Assembly: GCF_018350175.1 (NCBI RefSeq)
Contig: NC_058368.1
Location: 231,572,001 to 231,636,000, forward strand
Source of the DNA: Felis catus
Lineage: Eukaryota
Direction of reading: 5' to 3'
Length of the DNA: 64,000 bases
In this document: positions 1 to 11,898 of the stretch, piece after piece
Layout: each line of letters starts with the position of its first letter
How positions within the stretch are numbered: position 1 is the first letter of the stretch
Notes under the pieces: generated by a model
Database searches by the model: none
Seen by the model: only the letters and a program-made list of their open reading frames with translations
Told to the model about the DNA's origin: nothing
Translations under genes and position numbers: made by a program

Positions 1-131
1 GCCATTCTTATCAGTTAATGGCAGAAACCTACCTGAAATCAAGCTCCCAGATGACCCAGAGGGTCCAACCTTCTAAAGAGGCCTTTCAAAGGATAGCAGT
101 GAGGCCTGCTATGGTAACTCTTGCCTGTACA
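1..131 (-). mobile_element. MER21-like ERV LTR, 5' end (continues off window)
   Basis: aggcctttcaaaggatagcagtgaggcctgctatggtaactcttgcctgtaca resembles the reverse complement of the MER21 start (TGTGCAGAAAAGAGTTAACATAGCAGGCC...). Confidence 0.7.
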
Positions 132-399
132 GAGTTCTTTTCTACAATTCCCTGTTAAGGTGCATGACACTGTCATTAATTCTATTAAGCAAGTCAGAAA
201 CATAAGCATCATCCTTTGCCACCTTCTGCTTTTGGCTGACTAGGTGGTTTTGGATTGATGGGGAGTAAGAAAAAACCAGAACGCACATGCACACACGCAT
301 ATGCAGACCTGTATTTGAATGCCTCAAAGAGCCATAGAGGCAGTGAGCCTTTGTAGGACTAAGATACAGAAAAAATGAAAAATGAAGAGAGGTGTCTGG

Positions 400-1800
400 T
401 GTTTGGAGCTGTTTTGGCCCACAAGGCAAATGCAGAATCAGAAAAAAAAAAGTGACATCTGAGAGGTTAAGTTTCTGAGCAAAGCTTTTGGTAGTGTCAC
501 AAGGCTGGAGGGTGGAAAACTATAGTGTAGGACCTTCTAAGAAGAAGTCACTTACTCCAGGCTTTTTGTTGTTATGCAGGAGGCTACACCCTCAGAGTAA
601 GGCTGAATTGGAAACATTGCAGAAGTTACAAAGGCTGAAAACCAACTCCCAGCCAGCTTAATCCCAGACACGGATAAAATGATCTGCGAGGGGAAAAATT
701 AAATCCACTCTGGATGATGATAATCTTATCCAAAGCCTTGAATGCCTATATAATTTTATGAAAAGTTGTGTATGAACACAACATTGGCGCTCAATTAAAA
801 AAAACTGTCCAGGTATACAAAAGGGTAAGACTTGACCAAAACCAAGAGAAAAACATAATTAAACAATAAAAAATAGAGTTCTTATACAGGAACGCCAAAT
901 ACATATACTTAATGTGTTCAAGACATAAAATTGCAAGATGAAGAATTTCAGCAGGGAACTAGAAACCACAGAAAGGAAACATTGGAATTCTATAATAGAA
1001 AAATAAAAATAAATTAAATTCAGATCTCAGTGAATGGGCATAACATTATATTGAGGTACTGTAGAGAGAATTGGTGAGCCAGAAACAAGTCTGTGAAAGA
1101 CTAGCACAAAAAGACAAAAGATTAGATGGGAAGAAGAGAAAGTAAGAGCCACATGGAACACAATGAAAGGGTATAATTGTAGTTCCACAAAGATAGGAGA
1201 AAGGCACAATGGGCAGAAGCAATACTTGAAGGAATCATGGCCAAGAATTGCACAAAACTTCCAAAAAATGTTCAAAGACATCTATCCTCAAAATCAAGCT
1301 GGTGAGCCCCAAGGGGATAAATACAAAGGAAACTGCCTTGGACACGTCACTGTAATTTCTGAAGACCAAAGATAAAAGGAAATCGTAAAAACAGAGGTGT
1401 TGAAAAGACAGTTCTTTGAAATAGCAAGATCAACAGCTGACTTCTGATGGGAAATCATGGGAGTCTCAACGCAATTGAATAATTTCCTCAAAGCAGTGAA
1501 AGAAGCCTAGAATCCTTTCACTCGTGGCGATATTCTTCAAAAATGAAGATGGAATAAAAACACTTTCAGAGAAGCAAAAATTAGGATGACTTGCCAGGAG
1601 CACATCTTCGCCGAAGGACGTGACGGAGGGAGTTTTTCAGTCAGGAGGGACGTGATCCCAGATGGAGACATGGAGTGCTGAAAGGGGGACCAACAGAAAC
1701 AGAAATGTGTACCGGCAAAAATCAACAAGAATAATGTATCAAGGTGTTTAATATGCGTGTTGACTACAAACATGAGGAGAACAGCATAAACTTTGGGAGG
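400..1800 (+). mobile_element. Ancient L1M/HAL1-type 5'UTR-ORF1 remnant
   Basis: A-rich and degenerate, with ORF1-like motifs (gcagaagcaatacttgaaggaatcatggccaagaatt; caacagctgacttct; aaaaatgaagatggaataaaaacactttcaga); no intact frame. Confidence 0.75.
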
Positions 1801-1890
1801 TAAGTAGGGCTGAAGTGGGCTAAGGGCATCGCCTTACACATCCACAAGCTGAGTGGGAAACTCAGTCTTCCGTAGTCCATGACCTTGTTT

Positions 1891-2133
1891 TTATTTTATT
1901 GATTGATTGATTGATTGATTGATTTATGAGAGAGGAAGAGAGAGACATAGACACAGAGACAGAGAGAGAGAGAACAAGGAGGGGAGGGACAGAGAGCAAG
2001 AGGGGGACAGAGGATTTGAAGCCGGCTCTGTGCTGTCACCACAGAGCCCAATGTGGGGCTCGAACCCACTAACCCTGAGATCATGATCTGAGCCAAAGCA
2101 GACACCTAACTGACCGAGCCACCCAGACACCCC
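1891..2133 (-). mobile_element. Can-SINE
   Basis: tRNA-derived head, (CT)n linker, (ATCA)n tail; TSD tccatga(c/g)cttgtttt at 1876 and 2134. Confidence 0.95.
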
Positions 2134-2164
2134 TCCATGAGCTTGTTTTGTTGGTTTCACGTCC

Positions 2165-2380
2165 CCAATGTCCCTTGACTCGACGTCTTCCTCTCCATTC
2201 TACCGCTCACACTCTAGTCCAGGCCGCCATTATCTGTTTCCTGGGAGTCTACAGCCACACTCACCAGCCTCCTGCTTTGCCCGGGCACCTCATACAGTCT
2301 GTTCTCCACCGAGCAGCCAGACTGATCTTCCAGAATTACTTCCCTTGGTCCAGATCCTGCTCTTCCTTCATCCGCCTGGA
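2165..2380 (+). mobile_element. L2 fragment
   Basis: ctctagtccaggccgccattatctg...cagtctgttctccaccgagcagccagactgatctt matches L2 3' region motifs. Confidence 0.7.
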
Positions 2381-3734
2381 GGTGGTCCCACCCTGACCTG
2401 AGGACAGGAGAAGGTGCACGGAGGTCAACCGTCCTCCTCCTTTGCTGAGTTGCCACAGGGTTTCACCTTGCCGGTGCCCCTGTGATCGCAGCCCCAGACT
2501 GGCCGCTTGCTCCTGGGGCAATGTGGCGTCCCTCTGTCTTCTTGTCGCAGGGCCCTCCTGTGGGTCTCGCTCCTCCAACTGTGCCCTGTCGCTTGCCATC
2601 TTTCTGGAATGCCTCACAGTTTCTGGCGCGGCAAGGAATGCCTTTCTTCTTTACCATTACATTAATGGGTTTAATCTTCTAGGTGTATAGGTACTGAGTG
2701 ATAAGGTGGAGCTGGAAGGTAGGCCACCTTGCCTTCCAGGAAACGAAGGAAAACTTCTGCAGAAGCTATCTCTTTTCATGGGGTGGGAAAGTTGGTATGG
2801 ATATGCTCTCTTTCTTGCCTCTCTTTCTTACACAAACGGTGGGCCGCTCACTTGCAGGCAGAGCAGGGACCCCCGACTGCTCCCTCAGATGTATATTCAA
2901 GTACAAGGGCTGGTCTGTGCCTTCTGCCCAGAGGAAGCGTGGTAGGATAGGGTTCCTGCTTCCTACCCCAGGGAAGGTTGTCCTTAGCTTGTTTTGTTGC
3001 AGCTCAGTCTTGTGAGGCCAGTTGTCTTCGATTGTGGGGGGCGGGTGGAAAAACTAGGGTTCAGATGAGAAAACCCCTGTTTGGTCTCAGCACTAGGCTC
3101 TAGCTTTGGCCAAAGGATTCGGTCTTCTGCTTGTCACTGGTGACATGCTCTGCCATTCATTGAGACCAGACCCTGGAGTGTATTAGGCTGAGCGTCCTGG
3201 GAGGATTTTCTTTATTGGCCAGAGCTTTTGAAGGGAAGAGCGTGTTCAGACAGGCCCTTGCTTACCAGCATCACCACCACGGTGATGCCAACACAAATGA
3301 TTGCTATTTGTATGATCATCTTCATAGTTTTCTCTTATTCCCGGCTTCCATGGTTTTGAAGCTATGTGTTTGGAAAACAGATTGTTGAGTATTGCCTACT
3401 GAGAGGGAAATCCTCAAGAAACAGAGGTCGAAAAATACAAAGTTAGATCCCAGCAGTAGGGAGAAAATGTCGGTGATGATCTCTGGGCCTCAACAGCTCT
3501 CTATGCAATTAGGTCGGCAAAGCCTGCATCAGACTCTTGTTTGGGGGAAAGTGTTTGGCTTGAAAAGTCTATTTAATGTTTCAGTATATTTTTAATTCAG
3601 GAGAAATCTGTTCCTTGTTTCCATTATATGCTCTATAGAAGATAAAGTTCTAAAATCTATTGGCTGATGGGATATATAGTAATAAGACTCAAGACAGAGG
3701 TGGGGTAGAGCTAGGGAGCCATGTCAGGGAAAGA

Positions 3735-4441
3735 GCACTTTCCATGAGATCTATTGTCTTAACAAAGTTTTGTTTTGTTTAATTTTTTTTTTAACGTTTA
3801 TTTATTTTTGAGAGACACAGAGAGACAGAGAACGAGCAGGGGAGGAAGAGAGAGAGAGAGAGGGAGACACAGAATCGGAAGCAGGCTCCAGGCTCTGAGC
3901 TGTCAGCACAGAGCCCGACATGGGGCTCGAACCCACGAACCGCAAGATCATGGCCTGAGCCGAAGTCAGCTGCTTAACTGACTGAGCCACCCAGGTTCCC
4001 CTTAACAAAGTTTTAAGTGTCCAATACATTATCGTCGACTAGAGGTACAGTGTTGTCCGGCAGCTCTGTTCGGCTGTTCATCTTGCTTGACAGAAACTTC
4101 ACAACCATGGATTAGTAACTCGTCACCCCCCATCCTGGCAGCCAGCATCCCATTCTCCGAGTCTAGGAGTTCGACTAGTTCAGATAGCTCACGTAAGTGG
4201 AATGATGCAGTGTTGTCTTTTTGTGATTGGACAGTGTGACTTGGTACAACATCCTCAGAGGTTGTCCATATTGCATACTGCAGAATATCCTTCTTTTAAA
4301 TGGCCGAATAGTATTTCATTCTATGTATATATAGAGTGCTTTATCCATTCACCTGTCGGAGGACATTGAGGTTGTTTCCATGTCTTGGCTATTGCGGATA
4401 ATGCTACAATGAACATGGGACTCCAGATATCTCTTGGAGAT
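3735..4441 (-). mobile_element. Old L1 (L1MA/L1MB-type) 3' end, left part; interrupted by a SINE and two younger L1s
   Basis: Antisense L1 3'UTR/ORF2-end motifs (gtaagtggaatgatgcagtg, ggacattgaggttgtttccatgtcttggctatt); continues colinearly at 5979. Confidence 0.85.
3772..4000 (-). mobile_element. Can-SINE
   Basis: Full length; TSD cttaacaaagtttt at 3758 and 4001. Confidence 0.95.
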
Positions 4442-5578
4442 CTTTTTTTTTTTTTTTAAATGAAGGTATAATTGACATTTCACGTTATGTTACTTTCAGG
4501 TGTGCAACATAATGACTCAGAATTTGCATATTGTGAAATCATCACCCCAATGAGTATAGTTAATGTCCACCACCACGCAGTTACAAATGTTTTTTCCTCT
4601 GATGAAAACTCGTAAGATTTACTCTCTTGGCAACATTCAATTGTGCAATACAGTATTATTAACTATAGTCACCATGTGGTACATTGTATCCTTAGAGCTT
4701 ATTTATTTTATAACTAGAAGTTTTTACCCTTTGACCCTCTTCACCTATTTGGCCCATCTTCCAACCCTCACTTCTGGCAACCACCAATCTAATCTGTTCT
4801 CTGTATCGATGAGATTAGTTGGTTTGTTTTTTTTTTATTCCACATGTAAGTGAGATTATATTTTTTTCATCTTTCTCTGACTTATTTCACTTAACACAAT
4901 GCCCTCAAGGTCCACTCATGTTACCACAAATGGCAGGATTTCATTCTTTGTTATGACTGAAGAGTATTCCATTGTATATATACTATATCTTGTTTATCTG
5001 TTCATCTGTCAATAGACACTTAAATTGTTTTCATGTCTTGGCTATTACAAATAATGCTGTAATGAATACGGGGATGCATATATCTTTTCAAATAAGCATT
5101 TTTGTTTTCTTTGGTTAAATACCCAGAAGTGAAATTGCTGGGTCGTAGCATAGTTCTATTTTTTATTTTGGAGGACTCTCCATTTTGAGGTTTTCCACAG
5201 TGGCTGCACCAGTCTGCATTCCCACCAACAGTGCACAAGGGTTCCCTTTTTCCCCACATGCTCACCAGAGCATGAAATAAGATATTTCTTATCTTTTTGG
5301 TCATAGCCATTCTGCCAGGTGTGAGGTGATATCTCACGGTGGTTTTGATTTGCATTTCCCTGATGATGAGTGATACTGAGCATCTTTCGAATACCTGTCA
5401 GTCCTCTGTATGTTTTCCTTAAAACTCTGTCTATTTAGATCTTCTGCCCATTTTTCATTGGATTGTTTGTCTTTTTGCTATTGAGTTTGTAGGAGTTCGT
5501 CTATATTTCAGAGATTAACCGCCTATCAGAGACATGATTTGCAAACATATATTTTTTTCCATTCAGTAGGTTGCCTTT
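4442..5578 (-). mobile_element. 5'-truncated L1 (carnivore/L1MA9-type), 3'UTR plus ORF2 C-terminus
   Basis: Poly-T tail at about 4444; ORF track 5020-5355 MQIKTTVRYHLTP is the L1 ORF2 C-terminal motif; flanked by gagatct repeats. Confidence 0.9.
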
Positions 5579-5592
5579 GAGATCTTGATTTC

Positions 5593-5980
5593 TTTTTTGT
5601 TTTTAAATAAGAAAACGAACACAGGTCAAAAATTTTATTTAACTTGGGTAATTAGTGAGGGAACCAGCAGGATATTAAAACTGATATGAAGAGCAATTGA
5701 TCAACTAGATTTATATAGACAATCTAATTTATTTCTTTTTTTAAAAATTTTTTAATATGAAATTTATTGTCAAATTGGTTTCCATACAACACCCAGTGCT
5801 CGTCCCAACAGGTGCCCTCCTCCATGCCCATCACCCACTTTCCCCTCCCTCCCGCCCCCCCATCAACCCTCAGTTTGTTCTCAGTTTTTAAGAGTCTCTT
5901 ATGGTTTGGCTTCCTCCCTCTGTAACCTTTTTTTTTTTTCCTTTCCCTTGCCCCATGGTTTTCTGTTAAGTTTCTCAGGA
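5593..5980 (-). mobile_element. Felid L1 (L1_Fc-type) 3' end with an extra non-L1 3' segment
   Basis: aatatgaaatttattgtcaaattggtttccatacaacacccagtgctc is the felid L1 terminus; TSD gagatcttga(t/g)ttc at 5579 and 5979. Confidence 0.9.
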
Positions 5981-6112
5981 GATCTTGAGTTCAATTCATT
6001 TGGGTAAATGCTCAGCGGTGGACTTGCTGAACCATTTGAGAGTTCTATTTTTTTTTTTTTTTGAGGCACCTCCCTACTGTTTTCCATAACAGCTGCACTA
6101 TTTTGCATTCTA
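5979..6112 (-). mobile_element. Old L1, right part (continuation of 3735-4441)
   Basis: gagatcttgagttcaattcatttgggtaaat...gaggcacctccctactgttttccataa continues the L1 consensus after cagatatctcttggagatct. Confidence 0.8.
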
Positions 6113-7280
6113 GTGGGTTCTTTAGACACCTCCTCCTTAACCGCTGGAACAGGGAATTATGTGGCCAAACGTGTGCAGAGGACTGTACAGCCCGATGCTC
6201 TGAAGGTGCTCCATCAGAGCGACTCCCCCTTTCCCCTGGCTGATTTTCTGCAGACGGGGCTGACAGAGCAGGTCGCGAAGAATCCAGAGGTTCTAGCTCT
6301 CTGCCTGTGTCAGGCTTAGACCCAACTTGGATTTTTAATAGCAGCCAAGTTAGGTCTCAAAGCACACACCTCTCCTCTTTTAGCTGGAAATGGTTGCAAC
6401 AAATGTAAGACATTGAGAGATGAGTTGGAAAATGGACTCATGTTTAAAAACCTAACATTGTGTGTTTTTAGCAAGTAAAATGGACTTGAAGGCGCCCTCG
6501 TTGCTCCTGATGGATTTGCCAGTCCCTCCTGCTAATCAGATCGCACGGGCCTGCTCGCCCCTGCCATCTGGTAGTCATTTTCAGGACCAGTGAGGCACCA
6601 CGGGGGACTTGTGCTCTGGCAGCCGCTTCTCTGATTTCCACCACTTGTCCACAAGCGCTTTCACGCCCTTTGAGGAGCGCACATCACATCACCACGGAGC
6701 TGGATCCTTTCCATTACACCTAAGCGTGCGTTAGCTCCGGGGTGAGGACCCCTCACACCCGGCTGCCCTGGATCGGGGCCCGGTGGGTATTTTGTAGCAA
6801 CGCTTCGTGCAGGGCTGGGGCCGGAGCGGAGATAAGCATGGTTGCCCGGTGCAAACCTACTCCTTCCTCCCAAGCGTGGGAGAGAAAGACAGCATTCCTG
6901 CGTGAGAGGATGTGCGATGGGGAAGCTTCTGCTGCCGCGTGCACGCCCTCTCTGCTCCCTCTGCAGCTACTCTGGCCCCACACATCCTGAGAACGAGAGC
7001 ACCCCGCTCCTGTGTCTGGGGGCTCATCTTGTCCTCTAGCTGCCAGCTCCGTCATGTGTGGGTTGAACAAGGTTACATCCTGACAAAACTTGGAAGCAAG
7101 TTCTTTTTCTTCACCGCCGGCCAACCCCAACAATTTCTTCCAACACCCGACACCATGTGCATGCCCCATCATCGCGCAAACACTCACCGAGCAGCCTATG
7201 TGCCCGGCGCTGTTCCAGGCCGTTGGTTCACATCAATCATCCAAACAGACAGAATCATGCCTCAAAAATGCTTAGATTCT

Positions 7281-7427
7281 CAGTTTGTGAGTTCGAGCCC
7301 TGCACATGGCTCTGTGCTGACAGTGTGGAGCCTCCTTGGGATTCTCTCTCTCTCCCTCCCTCTCTGCCCCTTCCCCTGCCCCCGCCATCTCTAAAAATAA
7401 ATAAGTAAATTAAAAAAAATAGTTTTG
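7281..7427 (+). mobile_element. 5'-truncated Can-SINE
   Basis: Starts just before the B-box (gagttcgagccc); TSD aatgctta(g/t)attct at 7267 and 7428. Confidence 0.9.
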
Positions 7428-7449
7428 AATGCTTATATTCTGACAGTGA

Positions 7450-7822
7450 CACAGGCACAAATGCAGGTAAGTCAAAAGTTGAAATGACCCGAGTAAAGCG
7501 AATGAGTGCAGGGGCAGCCCATGCAAGCGAGCGGTGGGGTGGGGTGGGGGGACTGTGGCCAACTGGAGGGGGAAAGTACACGTGAGGCGGATGCTGTTTC
7601 TCTGCCAACTCCAGGGAACGTAGGCCCGAGGCATTTCATTTCAAGAAGAGCTGGAAATCTGGATTTTTTTTAACAAGTAAAATGTCTTGCTTTTAAAATG
7701 TTGGTAATTAGCTCAAAAGTTTTAAAAAACATCATTCAATTCTCAGATCCAAAAGCACAACAAAAATAAAAAGCTGTCTTTGCCAGATTCTGCCCATTGC
7801 TGTCAGTTTGTGACCTCAGTGC
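7450..7822. mobile_element. MER45-like hAT-Tip100 DNA transposon fossil
   Basis: tttcaagaagagctggaaatctggattttt...ttttaaaatgttggtaatta...cagtttgtgacctc resembles MER45B. Confidence 0.65.
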
Positions 7823-7848
7823 TGGGTTTAATGATAAGAAGGGGCGTA

Positions 7849-8068
7849 TTTTTTTTTTAAGTTTATTTATTTACTTTGAGAGAGAGAGAGAGAACGAGCA
7901 TGCACGTGCATAAGCAGGGGAGGGGCAGAGAGAGAGAGAATCCCAAGCAGGCTCCGTACTGTCAGCACAGAGCCTGACTCGGGGCTTGAACCTGCGAACC
8001 GTGAGATCATGACCTGAGCTGAAATCAAGAGTCGGAGGCTTAACCGACTGAGCCCCCCAGGCGCCTCC
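7849..8068 (-). mobile_element. Can-SINE
   Basis: Full-length antisense head, linker and tail. Confidence 0.95.
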
Positions 8069-8085
8069 AAAATGGGTATTTTTAA

Positions 8086-8471
8086 TGTCAGGTGACCACT
8101 AGGTTAAGGAACATGCTTCTTGAGAGGCAGCTGCTCAGATCTGTCTCCTGCCCCAGGAAGCGTAATTGGCCAACGGCCCCCTCTGCTGCCCCCTCTCATC
8201 TCCCCCCACACGTACACTAAGGCCTCCCTCCAGCAGGCTGCAGCGAGCCAGTGACTGGGCATGACACAGGACTCCTCTGATGGGTGACGTTGGCCCCAGA
8301 ATTGCCCCTGGACTTGGCCGAGCCGTTTTTCCTGCAGTCTGAGACTCATGCTCCCCCTTTTTTCTCTCCCAACCCCCCAATAAGAGCCCTGCCTCCCAGC
8401 CTCACGCCTCCTCCTGCTCTCTCCCCTTGAGCCCCTCACACACCTGTCCTCTGCAGACCCAAACTAACCCA
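8086..8471 (+). mobile_element. LTR16-family (ERVL) solo LTR
   Basis: TG start; gacacaggactcctctgatgggtgacgttggc and ctgcagtctgagactc motifs; ends gacccaaactaaccca. Confidence 0.65.
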
Positions 8472-9164
8472 AGGCACCAGAAATTCTGATAGGAAGGGAG
8501 CCTTCTCCTTAGTCCGGGTTCCTTAGGTTGTTATTCTGTATTCGTTTTTATCTGGCTTGTTGTTTGGCGCCTTGGGCAGATTCAAAGGCACCCGGAGCCT
8601 GGGGATGTGAGCTGCGGGGCAAGCAGGTGGGCTGCGGGGGGGTGGGGGGAGGGGTGAGGGCAGAGGATAGGGAAGGCAGGTCTGGACAGTGGGCTGCCAT
8701 CACCAGGGTGTCCATTCTCACAGGCAGCAGCAGGGGCATTTGTCCCAACACCCCGCAGTGGCCCCTGATCTCTCGAAGGTTCAACCGAGCGTTTGCTTGT
8801 CCGGCGGAAGGGTAGTTAGATCGTGGTGTCTCCTTTTTGCGTGTCTTCTTTGGACTCCGTTCCTGCCTATCTCGCCCCCTCCTCTCCTGTGGCCACTTCC
8901 TTCACTTAAAGCTGAACCCGCACACATGTGCACGCACGCACACACGCTCACACTCCTAGCTTAGGTCTCTGGGAGTTCACAGCCTGCCCGATAGGAGCAA
9001 CCCGCCAAGGGATTGTTGACTTAACATTTCACAACAGTGTGCACACGGTCCTTTTACCTCCTTGAGACTACTGTTTTCTACTCACTTTTGTTCATTCAGC
9101 TTTTCAGCGAATCCCGTGAGAGGTACGAATTACTGTCCTTGCCATTCTGACTGTGACTCAGACT

Positions 9165-9186
9165 CCCCCCCCCCCCCCCCCCCCCC
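9165..9186. repeat. C22 homopolymer
   Basis: 22 consecutive C. Confidence 0.95.
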
Positions 9187-10548
9187 GCCCACTTGGCTTC
9201 TCAGGCGCTGTCATCCAGATGGTGAGAATGCCATGGTCAGTGCCATGCTTGTTGACCATAGCCGTAGTAATATATTCAGTTTTGTGGAAGAAATAACCAG
9301 CGACCGAGGTTTCTCACGGCCAGCTTTTATCTGGTCCCTCGCCATTATTTGGCTCGTGTGAGTGTCACTCAGGACAGAGCTGCTTTGAAACCAAAACAAC
9401 AGACAGTCCCCAGTCAGTTAGACTCCAATAGATCCATGGCTTGCGGGGGGCAGAGCGCGGTAATCAATGGGGCACTGTGAGCAGAACCATCTGGGGCGCT
9501 CACATCCACTTGGAAATAATGCACCTGAGAAAGCAAGCTGCATTTTCAGTTCTTAAATGAGGATGAACTCACTGTCTGAAAAACAACATGCAGTTTGTAA
9601 ATGGAAGTGCATCCCTTGGCTGTGAAAGTTCTTTTGTTGCCCTCAATTCCTTAAGCTTGTCTTTCTACGACTGACATGTCCCATCGTCCTGTGTCTTTGC
9701 TTTTGTTAGATTGTTGTCATGGCTGTCTTTCTTGACTACCTTGACCATGTGGTGATTCCAGCTCCACTTAGATAAGACTGGAGGTCTATTCCAGGGGCCA
9801 GAGGGAGTGGCTGGCATAAGACCTTGGCTGCTGCTGGGTGGTGGGGGGCGGAGGTTAATTGTCTCTGATAGATGGGAAAATAGACCATTATAACGAAAAG
9901 GTGCTTGAGCTTGAAGGGAATTAGTAAAAAAAGAAGACTCTTACTGGTCTTGATCTGACACTTTAAGCACAGCTATTAAATCTGTCTCCCTCTTGGTGAC
10001 TGGGACATCAAAGCCATCAGCCAACACCAGACACCCAATTGGGCAAGATTACACAGAATTACCTGCTACCTACAAATTCTTGCTTTCATTTTTGAAGTCC
10101 AGGACTTCCTAGACACGTTTTTTTGGTGTAAATCATTTTTCCTTGTTTTGTTTTGAAATACAGCACAGCGAAAGCACATACAGTCTGTATGAATTGTTGT
10201 TTCATGAACGCTTATAAAGCAAACACTCCTGTAAAAGCCACAGAATTGAGAACACAGAGTTACCAGGCTCCAAATTTCCTTTTCACATCTGTTGCTCCCC
10301 CAGAGTCGAACCCCTGTCCTGGTGTTTTCGATAATCACATCTTTGCTTTTTAGAGATATTTTTGTCTCTGAGAAATGCATCCCTAAACAATCTAGTTGAG
10401 ATTATCCTGTTTTTGAATTATACGTATGTGGAACCATAGTGAATGTATCCTATGTCTGACTGCATTTACTCAATATTGTTTGTAAGCTTCTTGAAGATGC
10501 TACGTGTGACTGTTGTTCACGTATTCTCACTATTATAAAATATTCTAT

Positions 10549-10760
10549 GGGGGCACCTGGGTGGCTCAGTCGGTTGAGCGTCCAACTTCGGCTCAGGTCA
10601 TGATCTCGTGGTTCACGAGTTGAAGCCCCGTGTCCAGCTCTGTGCTGACAGCTCAGGACCTGGAGCCTGCTTTGGATTCTGTGTCTTCCTCTCTCTCTGC
10701 TCCTCCCCCACTCATGCTCTGTCTCTCTCTCAAAAATAAATAAAAACATTAAAAAAAAAG
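10549..10760 (+). mobile_element. Can-SINE
   Basis: Full length; TSD aatattctat at 10539 and 10761. Confidence 0.95.
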
Positions 10761-11547
10761 AATATTCTATTAAGTGAATACAGCACCCTCTAAAAAAAAT
10801 CCAGTTAATTTTTTGTTGGACATTTAGGTTGCTTTCAGTTGTACCTGTATACACATATTCTGGTGTACTACTAGAAGTTTCTCTGGGTTTATACCCAAGA
10901 AGAAAGCTACCCAGTCACAGGATATGTTTACCTTCAACTTTATTAGCTAATGCAAGTTGTTTTACACAGTACTTGTACCCTTTCCACTCCCCTTAGCATT
11001 GTATGGGATGCTCCTTTGCTACATGTCCTCATCAACACTTGACGTTGTAAGACGTCGAGTCTTGCCAATTTCATTTGCTTTTCCCGATTATGAAAGAGGT
11101 GAAGCACCTTTTATTGTGCATTTTGGATATTAGATTTTCTTCTTTTTGACATTCTTGTTCTGATCTATTACCCGGTTTTCCCCGTTTGAGGTTTTTTTTT
11201 TTTTTTTTTTCTCTTATTGGTTTGTAGAAATTCTTTATATATTCTGTGTAACAGTCTCTTGTCGGTTATAAATGTAGCAAAGATGTTCTCTTCTAGTTTG
11301 CCTTTTTATGAGCTTTATAACAGAAATTCTTAAGTTTAAATCAGGTACATTTATCAAGATTTTTCTGGTTTTGGCATTTTATGTCTTGGTTAAGCAATCT
11401 TTATCTACCCCGAGGTATCTGTTATGGGCTGAATTATGGCCTCCTCCCTAGATTTATGCCTTGAAGCCCTAATCCCCAGGACCTCATAATGTGGCTGCAT
11501 TTGGAGATAGGGCCTTTACAGAGGAAATTAAGATTAAATGAGATCAT

Positions 11548-11576
11548 TGACAATGAATTTCATATTAAAAAAAAAA
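11548..11576 (+). mobile_element. Extremely truncated felid L1 3' terminus plus poly(A)
   Basis: tgacaatgaatttcatatt followed by an A run, between perfect 18-bp repeats aagattaaatgagatcat. Confidence 0.85.
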
Positions 11577-11651
11577 AAGATTAAATGAGATCATATGGGT
11601 GGGCCCTAATCCAATCTGACTAGTGTCCTTATCAGAAGAGAAAATGTGTAC

Positions 11652-11828
11652 TGGCGCCTGGGTGGCTCAGTAGGTTAAGTGTCTGACTTCCGGCTCAGGC
11701 CATGATCTCGTGGTTCATGAGTTTGGGTCCCGCATCGGGCTCTGTGCTGACAGCTCAGAGCCTGGAGCCTGCTTTAGATTCTGTGTCTCCCTCTCTCTCT
11801 CTGTACCTCCCTCGCTCGCACTCCCTCC

Positions 11829-11873
<45 letters not shown>

Positions 11874-11898
11874 AAAAAATTAAATAAAGTTTAAAAAA
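11652..11898 (+). mobile_element. Can-SINE inside MLT1A
   Basis: TSD agaagag(a/g)aaatgtg; long (CT)n linker. Confidence 0.95.

Noticed and set aside
3260..3412. Minus-strand open segment bounded by ag and gtaagc
   Set aside because: Peptide not recognisable, acceptor modest, no supporting exons.
6661..7394. Cluster of 130-160 aa ORFs in GC-richer DNA (similar clusters at 20.6-21.4, 31.7-32.1, 33.9-35.5 and 58.9-59.7 kb)
   Set aside because: Overlapping on both strands, no recognisable domain; expected from GC content.
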